A stretch of DNA of 64,000 nt. It comes from Yuukianura sp. NJ FZ-2021. Lineage: Eukaryota. This document shows, piece after piece, positions 1 through 13,085 of the stretch (the first letter of the stretch is position 1; every line of letters begins with the position of its first letter). The notes beneath the pieces are model-generated. The model searched no databases, had not been told where the DNA came from, and saw only the letters and a list, made by a program, of their open reading frames with translations. The position numbers were made by a program, and so were the translations under genes. Location: positions 8,370,001 to 8,434,000 of the forward strand of contig CM102287.1 of the NCBI GenBank assembly GCA_046563655.1, in the 5' to 3' direction.

Positions 1-470
1 AGATCGAAGTACACTAATTTATGGGAAAATGTAGAAAATTCGTTTGAAAAGCAAAAGGCATATTCTCCTGTTTCTTCCGGCGTCCATTCATGAGTGTCAT
101 ACTGTTTTTTGATTTCTTTGTACAGGATGTGCTTATTGGGTGATTCAACATGAACGTCTACATCGTATTGACCACCATATACGACCTGTCACAAACAACA
201 AAATTCATCAGCATACAAAATCTAAGTATGGCAACCGACAGGATTATTCAAACGTTTTACCTGAAATTCAAATGTAGTCTTCTTGCCCTTCTCAATATGC
301 TCGTAGAAGCAGTCCTTAGAATTGTCCAGCAATTCAAATGTGAGTTCCACACAGTACGTCGACGGAAGTAGAATAAATAGGAAGATACATGCTACGACGG
401 AAGGACTTAGTGAGAAAAGTTTATAAAGTACTCGCTGAACATAACTGGCGTTGGAATTGGACTTTTTCAT
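1..470 (-). CDS. TMED7: p24/TMED (GOLD-domain) cargo receptor, gamma subfamily (TMED7/TMED3-like); 5' part only, continues off the window
   Basis: Exon 470-261 encodes a signal peptide then [30 protein letters not shown]. After a GT-AG intron (260-186), exon 185-1 reads [77 protein letters not shown] is the p24-gamma signature. A probable 5'UTR intron lies at about 621-522. Confidence 0.92.
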
Positions 471-925
471 TGTCGACGATGACTGTTAACCCTGACCCGG
501 ATTCTATCAGCTGTTCCTGACCTGTCCAAAAAATTAAAACACAGCACATTTAAATCCATATGTTAGATTCACATCTTTTATAGCAGTATCAAGTAAATTT
601 AACACTTGTTTTATCATTTACCTAATTAGTTAATTGCTTTGATTAGTTTCTCCGAGTCCAGTCCGACTCCGATACTAAAATCCGAAACAGAAAACCGATT
701 CACCCTGTTCCGCTGTCGTACTTTTTGTTCATTTGAAAAACTACGAGTACTCAAGCTGTTTCCATACGCCCACCCACTTGCTAAATCCCTTGTATACGTC
801 ACTACTCGGAGTTAATTCCCACTCTAATTAGTGTCAATTAGTTAATTGACATTTGACACTTTGTTTACGATGAATTCGCCGCCTTGTTGCGTGCAAAAAC
901 AGGCGATTGAACGGAACAGGATGGA

Positions 926-932
926 TGACGTG
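926..932. promoter_or_regulatory. TGACGTG (CREB3/CrebA/XBP1-type) motif in the divergent intergenic region upstream of the p24 gene
   Basis: Exact TGACGTG at 926-932, plus a CRE-like TACGTCA at 795-801. Secretory-pathway genes are known CrebA/XBP1 targets. The motif is short and could occur by chance. Confidence 0.3.
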
Positions 933-1428
933 TCTCTTCAGTCTCGGAAAAATTTAAATTCGCGCCAACTTTAAATTCAAATTGTAAAAATTTATGCTCA
1001 ACCAAAAGATGACAGCACTCATCCGGGCGTCATTTTTCATTTTTTTTTGTAGTTTTTGACAAAAAAAACTTTGATGTAAACAATTTTATGAAAAGCAATT
1101 TAACCAACTTTTTCTAAACGAATCTGGGCATTCTTATAAACGACTGAATAATTTATGAGGAGATCTGGTGCTCCTGGAAGGTCACAACAAGTAACAGGAG
1201 CATCTTTAACACTAAAAAGTCAAGATAATCATCACGTTGAGTTGGATGAAGGTCACAAACCACAAAGTAAATTTGGTCGGTCAATTTCTTAGATCAGAAG
1301 ATGACCTCTTTTTGACATCTTTGAACACGCACAGACAAAAGTATTATAACAAGAAAGAAGGCAAAAACAAAGACCAGTGCAAATAATTTTGCTAGATTTC
1401 AATGTGATCTTAAACAGACGAAATCAAA

Positions 1429-4400
1429 ATGGGTTGGAACACTGGACCAAAATTTTTGTTGTTTGGGATTCTTATTTTTGGAGTAGTTGACAAGATTAAT
1501 GGAATTCAACATCTCGATAATTTTTTGGATAATCATCCCGAAGTTTCAGAAGTAAGTAAACTTCTAACAAATTCTAAATTTTAAAAAATGTATTCCAAAA
1601 CAGTTGTTGACTTTGGTTTTCTTATTTGCCAAATTTTCCCAAAGTTTTTCAAATTGGTACAATCGAGTCCGTTCTTGCGTTCTGCAATTTTGTGGAAAAA
1701 AGGGAGTTTGTTTGTTCCAAAAAATGAGGCAGTCGCTGAATATGAGAGGAATGGAGGAAGAATTACAAATTCGACGATCATTTACCACTTTTGTAAATCT
1801 GTACTAAAAACTAATTACAGTACTTAGTAATTAAAAATTTTTTAAAAAGTTGACAAATTTTTGTCGGTGTAGGCAATTTCCCAATGACCTTGTCGGCAAT
1901 TGAAAAAGAGAAATTCATTTCAACAGAAACGACTGGTAAGATTAATTCAAAGATTCTCAGATTTTTTATTTCTGCTAAAAAAATTTGACAAAATTACAGG
2001 AAATTCGCCAATCTGGATAACGAAAACGGGCAAAGGGCTGTTTCTGAATGATGCCCGATACGTTATCGGGAACTTCCGAATTTTCATGGAAAGCGGAGAC
2101 ACGGACCCCGCTGCTGCAACAGTTGTACACATCATTGACCGTGTACTGGATTTGACAATTCCTGGATCGCAATCTTCTTACTTGTTCAACCCGGATGCTG
2201 GAAAATTTTTAAATCACGTCTCTGCTTACGACGTGACTAAAAATCAACAGGCAAAGTAAGGAAAGAAAAAAACTCAACTTTTGTCAAATTTTTAAAGCTC
2301 TAAGCCGCATTACTCTGCAACTAAAACAGAAAGCAAATTACTCGAGCATACCTTCACGATAAATGTTGTTTACTTTTTGATGTTTAATTTTTACTATTTC
2401 ATTTTTTGATTTAGTGTTTTTAAAACGAATGTCGAGAAGCATCACAAGCTTGATTTGTTCAAACTGACTGGAAGCCACACATTTTTTATTCCAGTTGACG
2501 CAGGATTCAAGGCAGGTTAAAAAAGTTTGGAAAGTTAGACATGATCTGCAACTAAGCTAACAATTTTTCAAAATTTGATTCTCTTAAGAAATACAATCCT
2601 GGAACTATTGAACTTGACGATAAGGTCATCTCGGGTCACATTATACACGGCACAGTAATTTTCCTTAGAACGTTAGAAGAGGGTGAGATTTTCGACACAT
2701 ACCAGGCACGGGTTAACTTAACCCAGAGATCTACTGAGGTCAAAGGTCAACAACCCTTCTGCACATCAGTTTCTTTCGAGGAAAGTGCATACGATGGCCA
2801 GCATATGTGTAATTTTTCAAAAAAAAATTGCGAATTTTTTGAAAAAGGTAATTCAAATGTTCCAATTTTCTGAACTAGGGCTTGTAAATAGCTTGAACAA
2901 AAATGGCGACAATAAGCACCGGAACGGCTTGGTTCAGGCGGAAATTGTCCAAGGAAACATTCCAGGTATAGCAATTTTTTTACAAAGATTAACTTTCCAT
3001 GATTTAATTAACAGTTAATTAATTAAATCTAACGTGTTTTTGGATTTGTAGTTAAGAATGGTGTCATTCACCTCATCAGCAAGCCTTTGGTTGTAATAGA
3101 CATGAACGTACTGGAATTATTTGAGGTAAAAATTTGTGCGTCCTTCTCAAAGATGTTTTCTCCAATTTTTCAAAATAATGACAAAAATGTGATTTAATTT
3201 TGTTTCTGAACTTTGAGAGATAAGTTGTTTTGTTGTTGTCGATTGTTTTAGTTTTATTCCAAGGAAAACGATAGAAAGATGTCCCAGTTTTTCGAGCTAG
3301 CTCGAAAATTGTTTGCAAGAGGAGGCAGACTCGCTGAAGAAATTCGCCAACTTCTGAACGGTCAAGGGTCACGCAGAAAAGTCACGCTTTTCGTGCCTTC
3401 AAATCAAGCCGTGGATAACCTTGACTTTTTGACCTTGAAGAACAACTTGACCGGAATAGCAGAACTGATCAGAACACATATTGTCCTGGAATCCGTTTCG
3501 GCACAAGACATGATCGGATATTCAAGAATGAATGTATAACTCATGAATTTTATATTTTGAATTTAATTTTTCGATTTTTCAATTTTTTTTTTCAAAAATT
3601 GTCAGACATCCGCTTTCCAAGTTCAAACAACTTTCCCCGGGAGGAAATTGCTTTTTAGCTATTTTCTCAAAGATGAGAAAAAGACAATCCATGTGGAAGG
3701 GGATGGAGTGAATGCATCTATTATCCAAGCAGATTTTGGTAAATTTCAGAAAAAAAGAAGATGCAATGAAGCGATGACCTTTGACCTCCCGAGAAAACAA
3801 ACGTTGTTGTTTACGTTTGTTTTTAGGAGCTACTAACGGATATATTCACATGATTGACCGTGTTCTCGGCGTTCCGGATCAAACAGTTCAAGAGAAATTG
3901 GAAACCAATCCCATGCTTCGGTACTTTTCACAAAAATTTTAAACTTTTCAAAATTTCAATTTCTTATTTTTTGAAGGTCAACATTTCACTTGTGGGAGAA
4001 AGTCGGAATGGACGACCTTCTAATAAACGAAACGGAAGTGACCATTTTCGCTCCAAGTGACAACGCTTGGAACAAACTTCGTGCTACGAATCCCGCAGCG
4101 TACAGAAACCTCTTCCAGTCTAAAAATGCACAGCACAACAACGTGTTACGAGACATTCTCCGGCGCCACATCATTGTGCACGGAATCTACGACATCCAGC
4201 ATCTTCTAAACTCTTCGGTCACCACGGGACGCAGAAGGACCTTGACGGGCTTCCCGATTGACATTGAAACAAACGAAGTCCAACTGAAAGTCAATGCAAG
4301 CAAAACACTTCTCGGAAATGAAGTCACGCAGAGATCTCGTACGTTATTGTATTTCTTTCCCTCCAAGTAAATTCAATTCAACTTTTTTTTTTCAATCACT

Positions 4401-4857
4401 AACCCCTACTGCTAAGTTGCGTAATTTGTGAACGGCATATCTACTTTCCCTTTGCTTAACCTAATCTAATCCAGCCTACATTTACCTAGCATAGCCTAAC
4501 TAACCTAAATTCCACAAAGCGTAGTTTTACTTTTACTTTCTCTTTGAACTTTAATTCTCATGTTTCTGTTTGTGGTTGAGCAGAAGTGGGTCACAACGAA
4601 TCGTATTACTACGTCTACTGGGACAGGAAGTACGCTCATATCATTCGGCCTAATGTCAGATGCACAGATGGTAAATTGAAAAACTGATTCTTTTTTAAAT
4701 TTTGACCTTTGACCTCTTTTGCCTTCCCTTAGGCATAATTCACATCATTGACGAAGTTCTAATGGACTCGAGTGAAATCGGGTCGACAGCAACATCACAT
4801 AAAATTTTCCTCGGGAGCTTACTTTTCCCTTTGATCTTTCACTTTCGATTTCTCTGA
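1429..4857 (+). CDS. Fas1: Fasciclin-1-like cell adhesion protein, paralog A (signal peptide, 4 FAS1 domains, GPI-type hydrophobic tail)
   Basis: Spliced model: exon 1 1429-1551 (MGWNTGPKFLLFGILIFGVV...HPEVSE), exon 2 1645-1792 (GSLFVPKNEA), 1873-1935, 2000-2256 (VVHIIDRVL), then further exons. FAS1 H1/H2 motifs HTFFIPVDAGF, KNGVIHLISKPL, VTLFVPSNQA, ATNGYIHMIDRVL, TIFAPSDNAW, TDGIIHIIDEVL. Ends ...KIFLGSLLFPLIFHFRFL-TGA. AATAAA at 4983. Confidence 0.9.
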
Positions 4858-6119
4858 CAGAAGCAATGAACTTTGACCTAACCAATCATACGTAATTTTT
4901 TTAGAAAATAAGTTTTTGAAACTGTCAAATCAAAATTTGCTTCTGAAATACAACCAAACCATCAAATTTTTAGTGCACTTTTAATAAACAGCACTACCTC
5001 TGCGGTCAATGTGAACGAAAATTTTGCATATTTGATTTCAAGAAATTGCAACTTTTTTTGCATTTTGTTTCGTTCGTTTTTTTTTTGTAACAGAAGATCA
5101 TCGTGCATAAATCGTGATTCGTGAGGTAATGCTTTCCGTTGAACACTTTGGTTTAACCGTTGACCTCACTTTGGAAATTTTGGAACTTTGTTCTTGTTAT
5201 GTTGAAAACAAAGTTTGTATTGGTCAGTCTTTCTTACCTAAGGGCCCCCCAGGGAAAACACGCCACAAACAATAGTTAGGATCAACGGCCAACTTTTTTT
5301 TGGCCTATTGTTGCAATGTTCAAAGGCTTTTATAGTCAGGACCAAAAAAGTTTTTGCGAATCCTCCCGAGACTAATCTCAGAGAATGTCTGTCCGTTGCT
5401 GGATTTGCACAATTTTTATAGCAGAACTAACGGATAACCGGACATGAATGAAAATAGGACATGGAGGAGTCGCTTCATTGTGCTAACTTCATAATTTTTT
5501 TCAGCTTAGCAACATTTTCAGATTTTGAGGATATCTTCAATAGTATTACGCATCTCTGGTACTAGTAAGCTATGCTTATTCGCGAAAAAGGGAGTGTGTG
5601 AAGGGAGCCTTGGGAGGCTAAAACCGAAGTATCGTTGTACAAATTATGAGGATCAAGGGAGTTTGGAAATTTGCGCACTTGGAAATAAGGACGCACGTTC
5701 CCACCCTAACCCACCCACGGCTTTTGTGTTCCACTGTGGAAAAATTATGATTTCTGTTGGTGTGCTGCTGGGTTGGCTTTTGCGAAATCCAGCAGCGCAC
5801 TTTCACTTGGTCACTCGAAGCTTCAGCAGCACAAGCACCACCACCCACCCAGTCTACTTTCTCTGCCCAAACAGAGTAGGACTGGCTGTTTTCAGAGTTT
5901 GAAAAAAATTTATGTGTGGAAAAGTAGGCCTTGACATTTTTGCAAAGGCAACGAGAGTAGGAAAAGAACGAGGAATTTGTTCTACGCTCTAAAAATTCTC
6001 CAGAAAGAACAGGATTTGGAACTAACTCAAATAATACCACACCCCTTGTGGATTCGCATCCTTTGTTGTTTGCAAATTTCACTTTTTGCAAATTCGCAAA
6101 AAAACTTTAATTTGACAAG

Positions 6120-9100
6120 ATGGAATACTCAAAAGGCAGGGTTTATTTCAACATGTTGTTTGGTGTAATACTTGTTTCAATTTTTTCGTCAACCAATGCA
6201 AGTCAACTTATCACTTTCTTCAAACATGAACATCCGGAAATTTCTCAGGTAAATTCTAATTTCAAAATTCTGCACTTACGTAGTACAATTTTTTATGAAA
6301 ATTTTTCATGTTTTTATAAAAAGATTTTTTTTTCATGTTTTAAAGTTTTTCGACCTTGTTGAACGAAGTCCGATGCTGCGATCAGAAATTTTGTGGAAAA
6401 AAGGAAGTTTGTTTGTTCCAAAAAACGAAGCGATTGATGCATTTATTGCCAGTGGCCGAAAAATTACAAACACAACGCTCTTGTACCACTTCTGTAAGAA
6501 CAAAATCTAAAACTTTGAATTTTCAAACTAAAATTATGAAAAATCGGATTTTTAAGTGACACTTTTTCTACTTGAAACAGGCAATTTCCAAATGACTTTG
6601 TCTGCACTGGAGTCTGAAAGATTCATTGGAACAGAATCCATAGGTTTGAAAATAGTTTTTTGAAAGCTTTCTGAATCGAACAAAGCATGAAAGGAATTCG
6701 CAATTTTTGTGTCCAAAATTTCAGGAAATTCGCCAATTTGGATCACGAAAACGAGCAAAGGGACTTTTCTGAATGACGCAAAGTACATTACAGGGAACTT
6801 CCGCGTTTTCATGCAAAATGAAGACATGAGCAGTGAATCTGCTGCTGCAACGATTGTGCACATCATTGACCGTGTACTGGATCCAACAGTTCCTGGAACC
6901 TCGGAAACTTCGTACTTGCACAATCCCGATGCTGGCAAATTTCTGGATCATGTCTCTTCCTATGACATGTCTAATCATCAATTGGCAACGTATAAACACA
7001 GATTCTAAAAAATAGCAAAATTTAGTTAATATTTTGCAAATTTGTGCTAAAATTGGACATTTTCATTTCAGGATCTTTCGAGCGGAAGTAGACAAACAAA
7101 ATAAAATGGAATTGTTCAAGAAAACAGGAATCCAGACGTTCTTTATTCCAGTGGATGCTGCGTTTAAAGTTAGTTTAATTGTGTTCATCCTGATTAACTT
7201 TAATTAGTTAGTAAACTGATGAATCAGAGGTTAAATCCCACCATAACTTAACCGAATGTTATTGTATTCTTAATGACTCTAGTTTTAACTTATGCTCATT
7301 GTTTTGTTTTTCTAGGAACACAAAATTAGACCGAATGGAATTGATGACAAGGTTATTTACGGTCACATCATACCAAACACTGCTATTTTTCTTCGTACGA
7401 TTGATGGTGGTGAGGAATATGACACGTACGAACCGATTGTTCCACGCGTACAGGAATTTGGAGCGGTCAGAGGTCAACAACCTCCGCCTGCCAAAAGATT
7501 CTCAACAGTCATTTCTTTGGAGAAGCAATCGAGTGATGGAAAAGAAATATGTAATGCCTAAGTTAACATTTTTATAGCCAAAAAATTTCAAATGTCTATG
7601 CATGTTTTAATTTTCAAATTCCGAGTTTGAATTCTAAAATTTTTAATTTTTTGAAATTCTAGGGTTGGTGAACAGTGATACTCGACAGGGAGACGAGAAG
7701 CACCGAAAAGGCGTCGTGCAAGCAGAAATTATCAGAGGAAATATTCCAGGTCAGCGAAATCAGCGTCTCTTTGATGTTCATGTTTATAAGTTCAACATTT
7801 TAAAAGTTTGTTTTAAAACAAGTTGTTTTGTTCAAACAGTGAAGAACGGCGTTATTCATCTCATCAACAAACCACTTGTTCTGATTGATTCCAATGTTTT
7901 TCAAACATTCGAAGTAAGTGCAAAGTATGAAAATTCAAAACGTGCTTAATTAGTCAACTTCAGCTTAAACAATTTTCTTCCTGAAGTCACGCTAAAGTCG
8001 AGTTCATTGCTTACATCACAATTTAGACTGAAATGTCGAAAAGTAAAAAAAAAACTGCCATCTGAAATATTTTGTTATAAAAATGGCCATTAAAAGTTCA
8101 TGAGACTCCAGTTTTTCTTGTTCTGTCATTTTTGTAACGTTAAATTTTTAAATTTCGTTTAGAAAACTCGACCCAACTTTCAAATTTAGCTTTTTTAACT
8201 TTCTTTGGCGTGCTTGAACCAAAAGCAAACAACTAGAAAAAAATTTCAGTTTTTGTAAAGAAAACTTCTTTTTTTGACAGTGGTATGCTACGAAACCTAA
8301 TGTGAAAATCATGGGAAAATTTATGGAGCTACTCAAGAAGTTCCCAAAAGGTGACATTGGTGACGAAATTCGTTATTTGCTGTCGGGTCACGGGTCACAC
8401 AAGGGGGTCACGCTGTTTGTTCCTTCGAATGAAGCCATTATGAAGAGTGAACTATGGAGGCAAAACAACTTAACAGCAATTGCTGAAATCTTCAAGACAC
8501 ACATTGTGCCAGAAACAATTTCAGCGGAAGACATGATGGAACATTCTAAAATGAGGGTAAGCTAACACACAACTAGTTTCTTAGCCTTTGACATTCTGTT
8601 TTGAGCCTTATTGATTTTATTTTTGTTCAACAAATGCTTCCAAATTGGAAACACGCAGAAGTTTCCGTTCCAAATCCCAACGACTTTTCCTGGAAGGAAA
8701 TTACTCTTTAGCTACTTTGTCAAAGATGGAGAGAGGACTATTCACTTGGAAGGGGGCGGAGTCAATGCAACTGTTCTCCAAGCCGATTTTGGTAAACTAT
8801 GATTAGGTTAACTTAACTTCTTCTCTGGAAAAAAAAGGTAGGTCAAGAGGTCACGAAACTGATTTTTGTTTTTTCAGGAGCGACGAATGGCTATATTCAC
8901 ATTATTGATCGTGTTCTCGGACTGCCGGATCAAACTGTTCAAGAAAAATTACGACATCACCCGATGCTTCAGTAAGATTAACTTTTGATCGATCTGCGTC
9001 AGGTTGCAACACATTTCCCCTCATAATTTTATCATTTTACAATAACTTTTAACATATTTTTTAATTACCATAACATCATCTTCTAACTTTTTTTTAAGGT

Positions 9101-10277
9101 CAACCTATCACTTGTTGCGAAAGAGCAAACTGGACGAACAGTTGACCCAAACCGGGACAATGACTTTCTTCGCCCCGAGCGAAACGGCTTGGAACAACCT
9201 GCGAGCAATCAGCGATGGAGCGTATCAGAACTTCTTCTACTCCGACGCACCGCAACCAACGTTACTCCATGTCCTGAAACGCCACTTCATTCTGAACCAT
9301 GTATATACCATTGAGGACTTGGCTGCCATGTCCGTTACCATGGGCAACAAAACAGTATCGAAGGGCATGAAGGGCAACTGGACAGTGTCACGGTATCCAA
9401 TTGCAACGATGGGACCCCGTGGCTATGTCAAAGTCAATGAAAGCAAAATCCTCTTACACAAGAAGGAACACCCACCGACTTCAAGTAAGTTCCCGGTTTT
9501 GTTCACAAACTACGTGCACAACAAACTATTCCCCCTTTCAAAATTTCTCCAAAAAGGAATGTGAAAAAATTTGACTATGTTGAAAGTTTCGAAATTCTTT
9601 TTTTTATAGAAAGCAATTACTACATTTTTTTGAAAATGTTTAGCTTACTAACTTTTCCATTTTCCTTTCCTTTTTGAAATCAACTTTTGAAGTTTACACG
9701 TACCTTGTCGCTATACTATTTCTCAGATACCCGCACCCCGGTAGAAGTGTTGTACGTAATTTGTGAACGGGTTTCTATTGATTTTCTATGAGAGCTTTCT
9801 CTCCAGAGCCCAAAATGGAGTCAATTTACTTTATTTTTAGTTTAGTATTTCCTAAGCACTTTCTCCATTTATTTTTGGCCTTTTCCAGCAACTTCTCCTG
9901 TTCCTATGTCCGCAAATGAGAAACAAAAGACGAGTCCAAGACAAACTGTTCCGGAAGAGTCACATTACTACATCTACTGGGATCGGACATGGGCACATGT
10001 CACTCGAACGAACGTCAGATGTACCAACGGTAAATTTACACAACTAACACAACCCAACACACTAAAATTTTATAACAAATGACATTTGAACTTAAACCAA
10101 ACAAAAAGCATTTGACCTTTGACCTCGTTTTACTTCTCGCTAGGAATAATCCACATCATTGATGACGTTTTGATGGACAATGAAGAAGTTACAGTTGCTG
10201 CCGCTCCCATAACTCTTTCTCCGCCGACTTTTCTGCTAGCACTTTTCTCCGCGGTGCTTTCTCTTCGTCTACTTTAA
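6120..10277 (+). CDS. Fas1: Fasciclin-1-like cell adhesion protein, paralog B (close tandem duplicate of A)
   Basis: Signal peptide MEYSKGRVYFNMLFGVILVSIFSSTNA. Same exon layout as A, with motifs GSLFVPKNEA, IVHIIDRVL, QTFFIPVDAAF, KNGVIHLINKPL, VTLFVPSNEA, ATNGYIHIIDRVL, TFFAPSETAW, TNGIIHIIDDVL. Hydrophobic end ...PTFLLALFSAVLSLRLL-TAA. Confidence 0.9.
9501..9770. repeat. Intronic inverted repeat (MITE-like remnant) in Fas1-B
   Basis: gttcacaaactacgtgcacaaca (9501-9523) is near reverse-complementary to tgttgtacgtaatttgtgaac (9748-9768). Confidence 0.6.
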
Positions 10278-13085
10278 ATTCATGAAGAAAGCAACAAAAA
10301 GGCTTGAAGTTATTGCGTTAAAGACACGCACGCGAGAAAACATTTAGGGCTAGGCTTCTTTAACGCAGAAATTCTAAAACTTCAACTCGGAATTATAAAT
10401 TATAAAAGTATACAAATACTTAAAGATAATAATTAGTTACTACGTAATTTTAATTCATATATTTCTCAAATGCAACAAAATGAAAATTATGAATCTCGAT
10501 GTTACAAAGTGTTCGTATATTTAAAGCAAAATTGAGGGAAAGTATGCTTCATGTCGCAAACCAAAACCAAAGTCACGTTGCCTGCATTTTAAAACGTAAA
10601 AACGTCCTATTCAAAGACTTCAAAAGGTCAAGCAGAATTTTAAAGTGCAGCAGTAAAGGTCAAAGTGTATAATTTCAAACTAAGCAGCTTCGATTGGAGC
10701 AATAATTTAGAAACTTAGAAACAGAACAAACGATTTTAGAAAAAGCTAAAGCCGAAAGAAAGCTGAATGTGTGTAGCTTTGTGCTAAAAAGATGAAGCAA
10801 AATTAAATTTTTGAGAAAATGTGTAGATCATAGTTCAAATTCAATATTTAAATGGTGGTACAAATTAAATTCTAAAAAACCTCACCTTATTACTGGTTCT
10901 AGAGTTATCAAAATTATAATTCTGTTTATAAATTGTTAACGTGAATTCCAGTTTTATAATTTTGTCCAATTTTAGTTTTTAGTTGCAATATAAAGTTTGC
11001 TAAGAGGTTCGAACTATTAATGCAAAATTGTAGCCGCTATAACTTAAAATATTTTACTTCAGTTTTATTTATTTCTGACTTTGTACCTCATTTATTGAAT
11101 TATTAATGTATTAATTAATTAAAATAAAATATTAATAAAGTATATATATTATGCTTTAAAAAAAAACAATAAAACCCAATAAACCAGTCATTTCCTCATT
11201 TCCCACAAAGACTGATCGAATCACTCCTAAGTTACAAACTAATTTAAACAGCAACACAATCGAAAAAACTGGATTTGCTGTCTAAGAACTCTAACAAATT
11301 TTCCTACTTTTTCAGAAGCGAATTACTGCAGCATTAAAAAAACTCGTTTTTTTGAAACTCTTTTAGTTTTGTTCCTGACCTCCAATTTTCTCTTTGTTTT
11401 TGACCTTTCCAGAAAGAATGAGAAAGCATATGTAAATATGGGCTTTGTTTTGTCCGTAATTCCTTTGTCGGATACTGCAGAAGAAGATGAGATACTGGAT
11501 GCTGGACCACTTTCAATTTCCTGTTGAGCGGATCTATTTGATCTGCGGGTGGGTGTGATGATGTTGACATGGACCTTCTGGTTCCCATGGATCCCTATTG
11601 ATTATTAGCCATAAAACAGAATCTTCTCAAGGGATCCGAATATTCGGAGGAGGGTGGATCACCATCCACAATAAAGTGGAGAGCCTCTTTTATGGCCAAA
11701 AGCTGCTTCAGATTCAGCTCTTCAAAGAAAAAACAGATCCTAGCAACCACAGCCACTTTCTTCTGTTGTCTAGCAACGAGCTCACTGATCTTAGTCATAC
11801 ATCATCATCACAGCACAAAATACTCAACCGATCTCTGATTTTCCTTCCAAGTGGATCAAACAAAAATGCTGATGTCACGTTTCCAAACACTTCAAATCTT
11901 TTTGTTCGCTTTTCACAAGAATTTTTCAAACATAACCGCAAGTTTCGTCTCCTCCTCATCTGTACGTCTTTTTTTGAAATTTTTGTGGGATTAATTTTTC
12001 AAAATTTCAAGAGTTTCTAATTTTTAATTTTGGTTAGGATTTGAAGTTTTTCGTTACGGAACTTTCTCCGAGAGCTAGACGGTGAAAGTCAGATTTTTGA
12101 AAATTGTGTTCTTTTGTTCAAAACTTTCCAAAATTCAAATTCATTGCTTTATTTCTTCCGTTTATTCCGCTTTTTCTTTAGTATTTGCGAAGAGGGCGTG
12201 TTGGATGTGGTTCGTTTGAATTACAAAATTGTTGGTGTTTGTATCGAGCGAATTTTTGGAGGATTTTTTGATGAGGAAGACCCATGCGTGTCCCCCTTCT
12301 TTCTGAGAAAAGTGAGCTTGGTGGTGGAGGGGCCAGCTAGAAAGCGACGGATTGCGTGTTTGAGTCGAGTGCTCAAAGTTCGTCAGAGTCAGTTCGAATC
12401 CGAGCAGCTTCTGCGGACGAACAACCAGACTTCTTCGTGTCGCTCCGTAGAACCGTTCCCAAACTTCCGCCGCAGTTCGACTCGTCTAACCTTCCAAGGT
12501 TTTTTGCACAAAGCGAAACCAACTCCCTTCGGTTGCTGGCCCACCTTTGCCAAAAATTCAGTTTTTGTGCAGAGTCCAGAAAAGAGAAAAACAGGAACAC
12601 ACTCATTTTACACCTCAAAATTCTCACGCCCTGAGCAAAAAGCTTTAATTCTCGAACTTTGCAAAAACAAAAGCACGGACAACTTTTTGCTAAGAGGGGC
12701 TCCGAGATCTTCCTACGCTAAAAACCTGCAAATTTTTTTGAAGTGTGCAAAAATTTTGGTTGAAGTTTGAGGTTGTGAACAAACCACCAGCACGAAAACT
12801 AGGCGTCAGTTGCTTAATTAACTGACTCCCCTACCCCAGTGTTTTTTTCTGTCCATTCAAACCGGTTTCAATCTTCTTTCTAAATTGCTTCAATAAACAA
12901 CAACTCGAGAGACATAATTTTGCAATTGTACAAAAGTTACTGGAGTGTTCAACTTTAGTTCAAAAAAATCTTGGCCAGTGTGTCCATCCTTCCAGAACTT
13001 TTGGATTATCTCCAGTCACTACGCTAGTGTAGTGTGTGTGTTCTCACAAGTACAAATTGAACTAAATTCGCATAATTTTTGCAAA

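Noticed and set aside
9727..9740. AG/GT-flanked 14-nt segment inside the Fas1-B hairpin intron
   Set aside because: Not a multiple of three, so inclusion would frameshift; the donor is weak.
11334..12770. Several ORFs of 67-218 aa on both strands between Fas1-B and Fas1-C
   Set aside because: No recognisable domain, Phe/Leu/Lys-rich composition typical of AT-rich non-coding DNA, and no consistent splice chain. A lncRNA or decayed element cannot be excluded.
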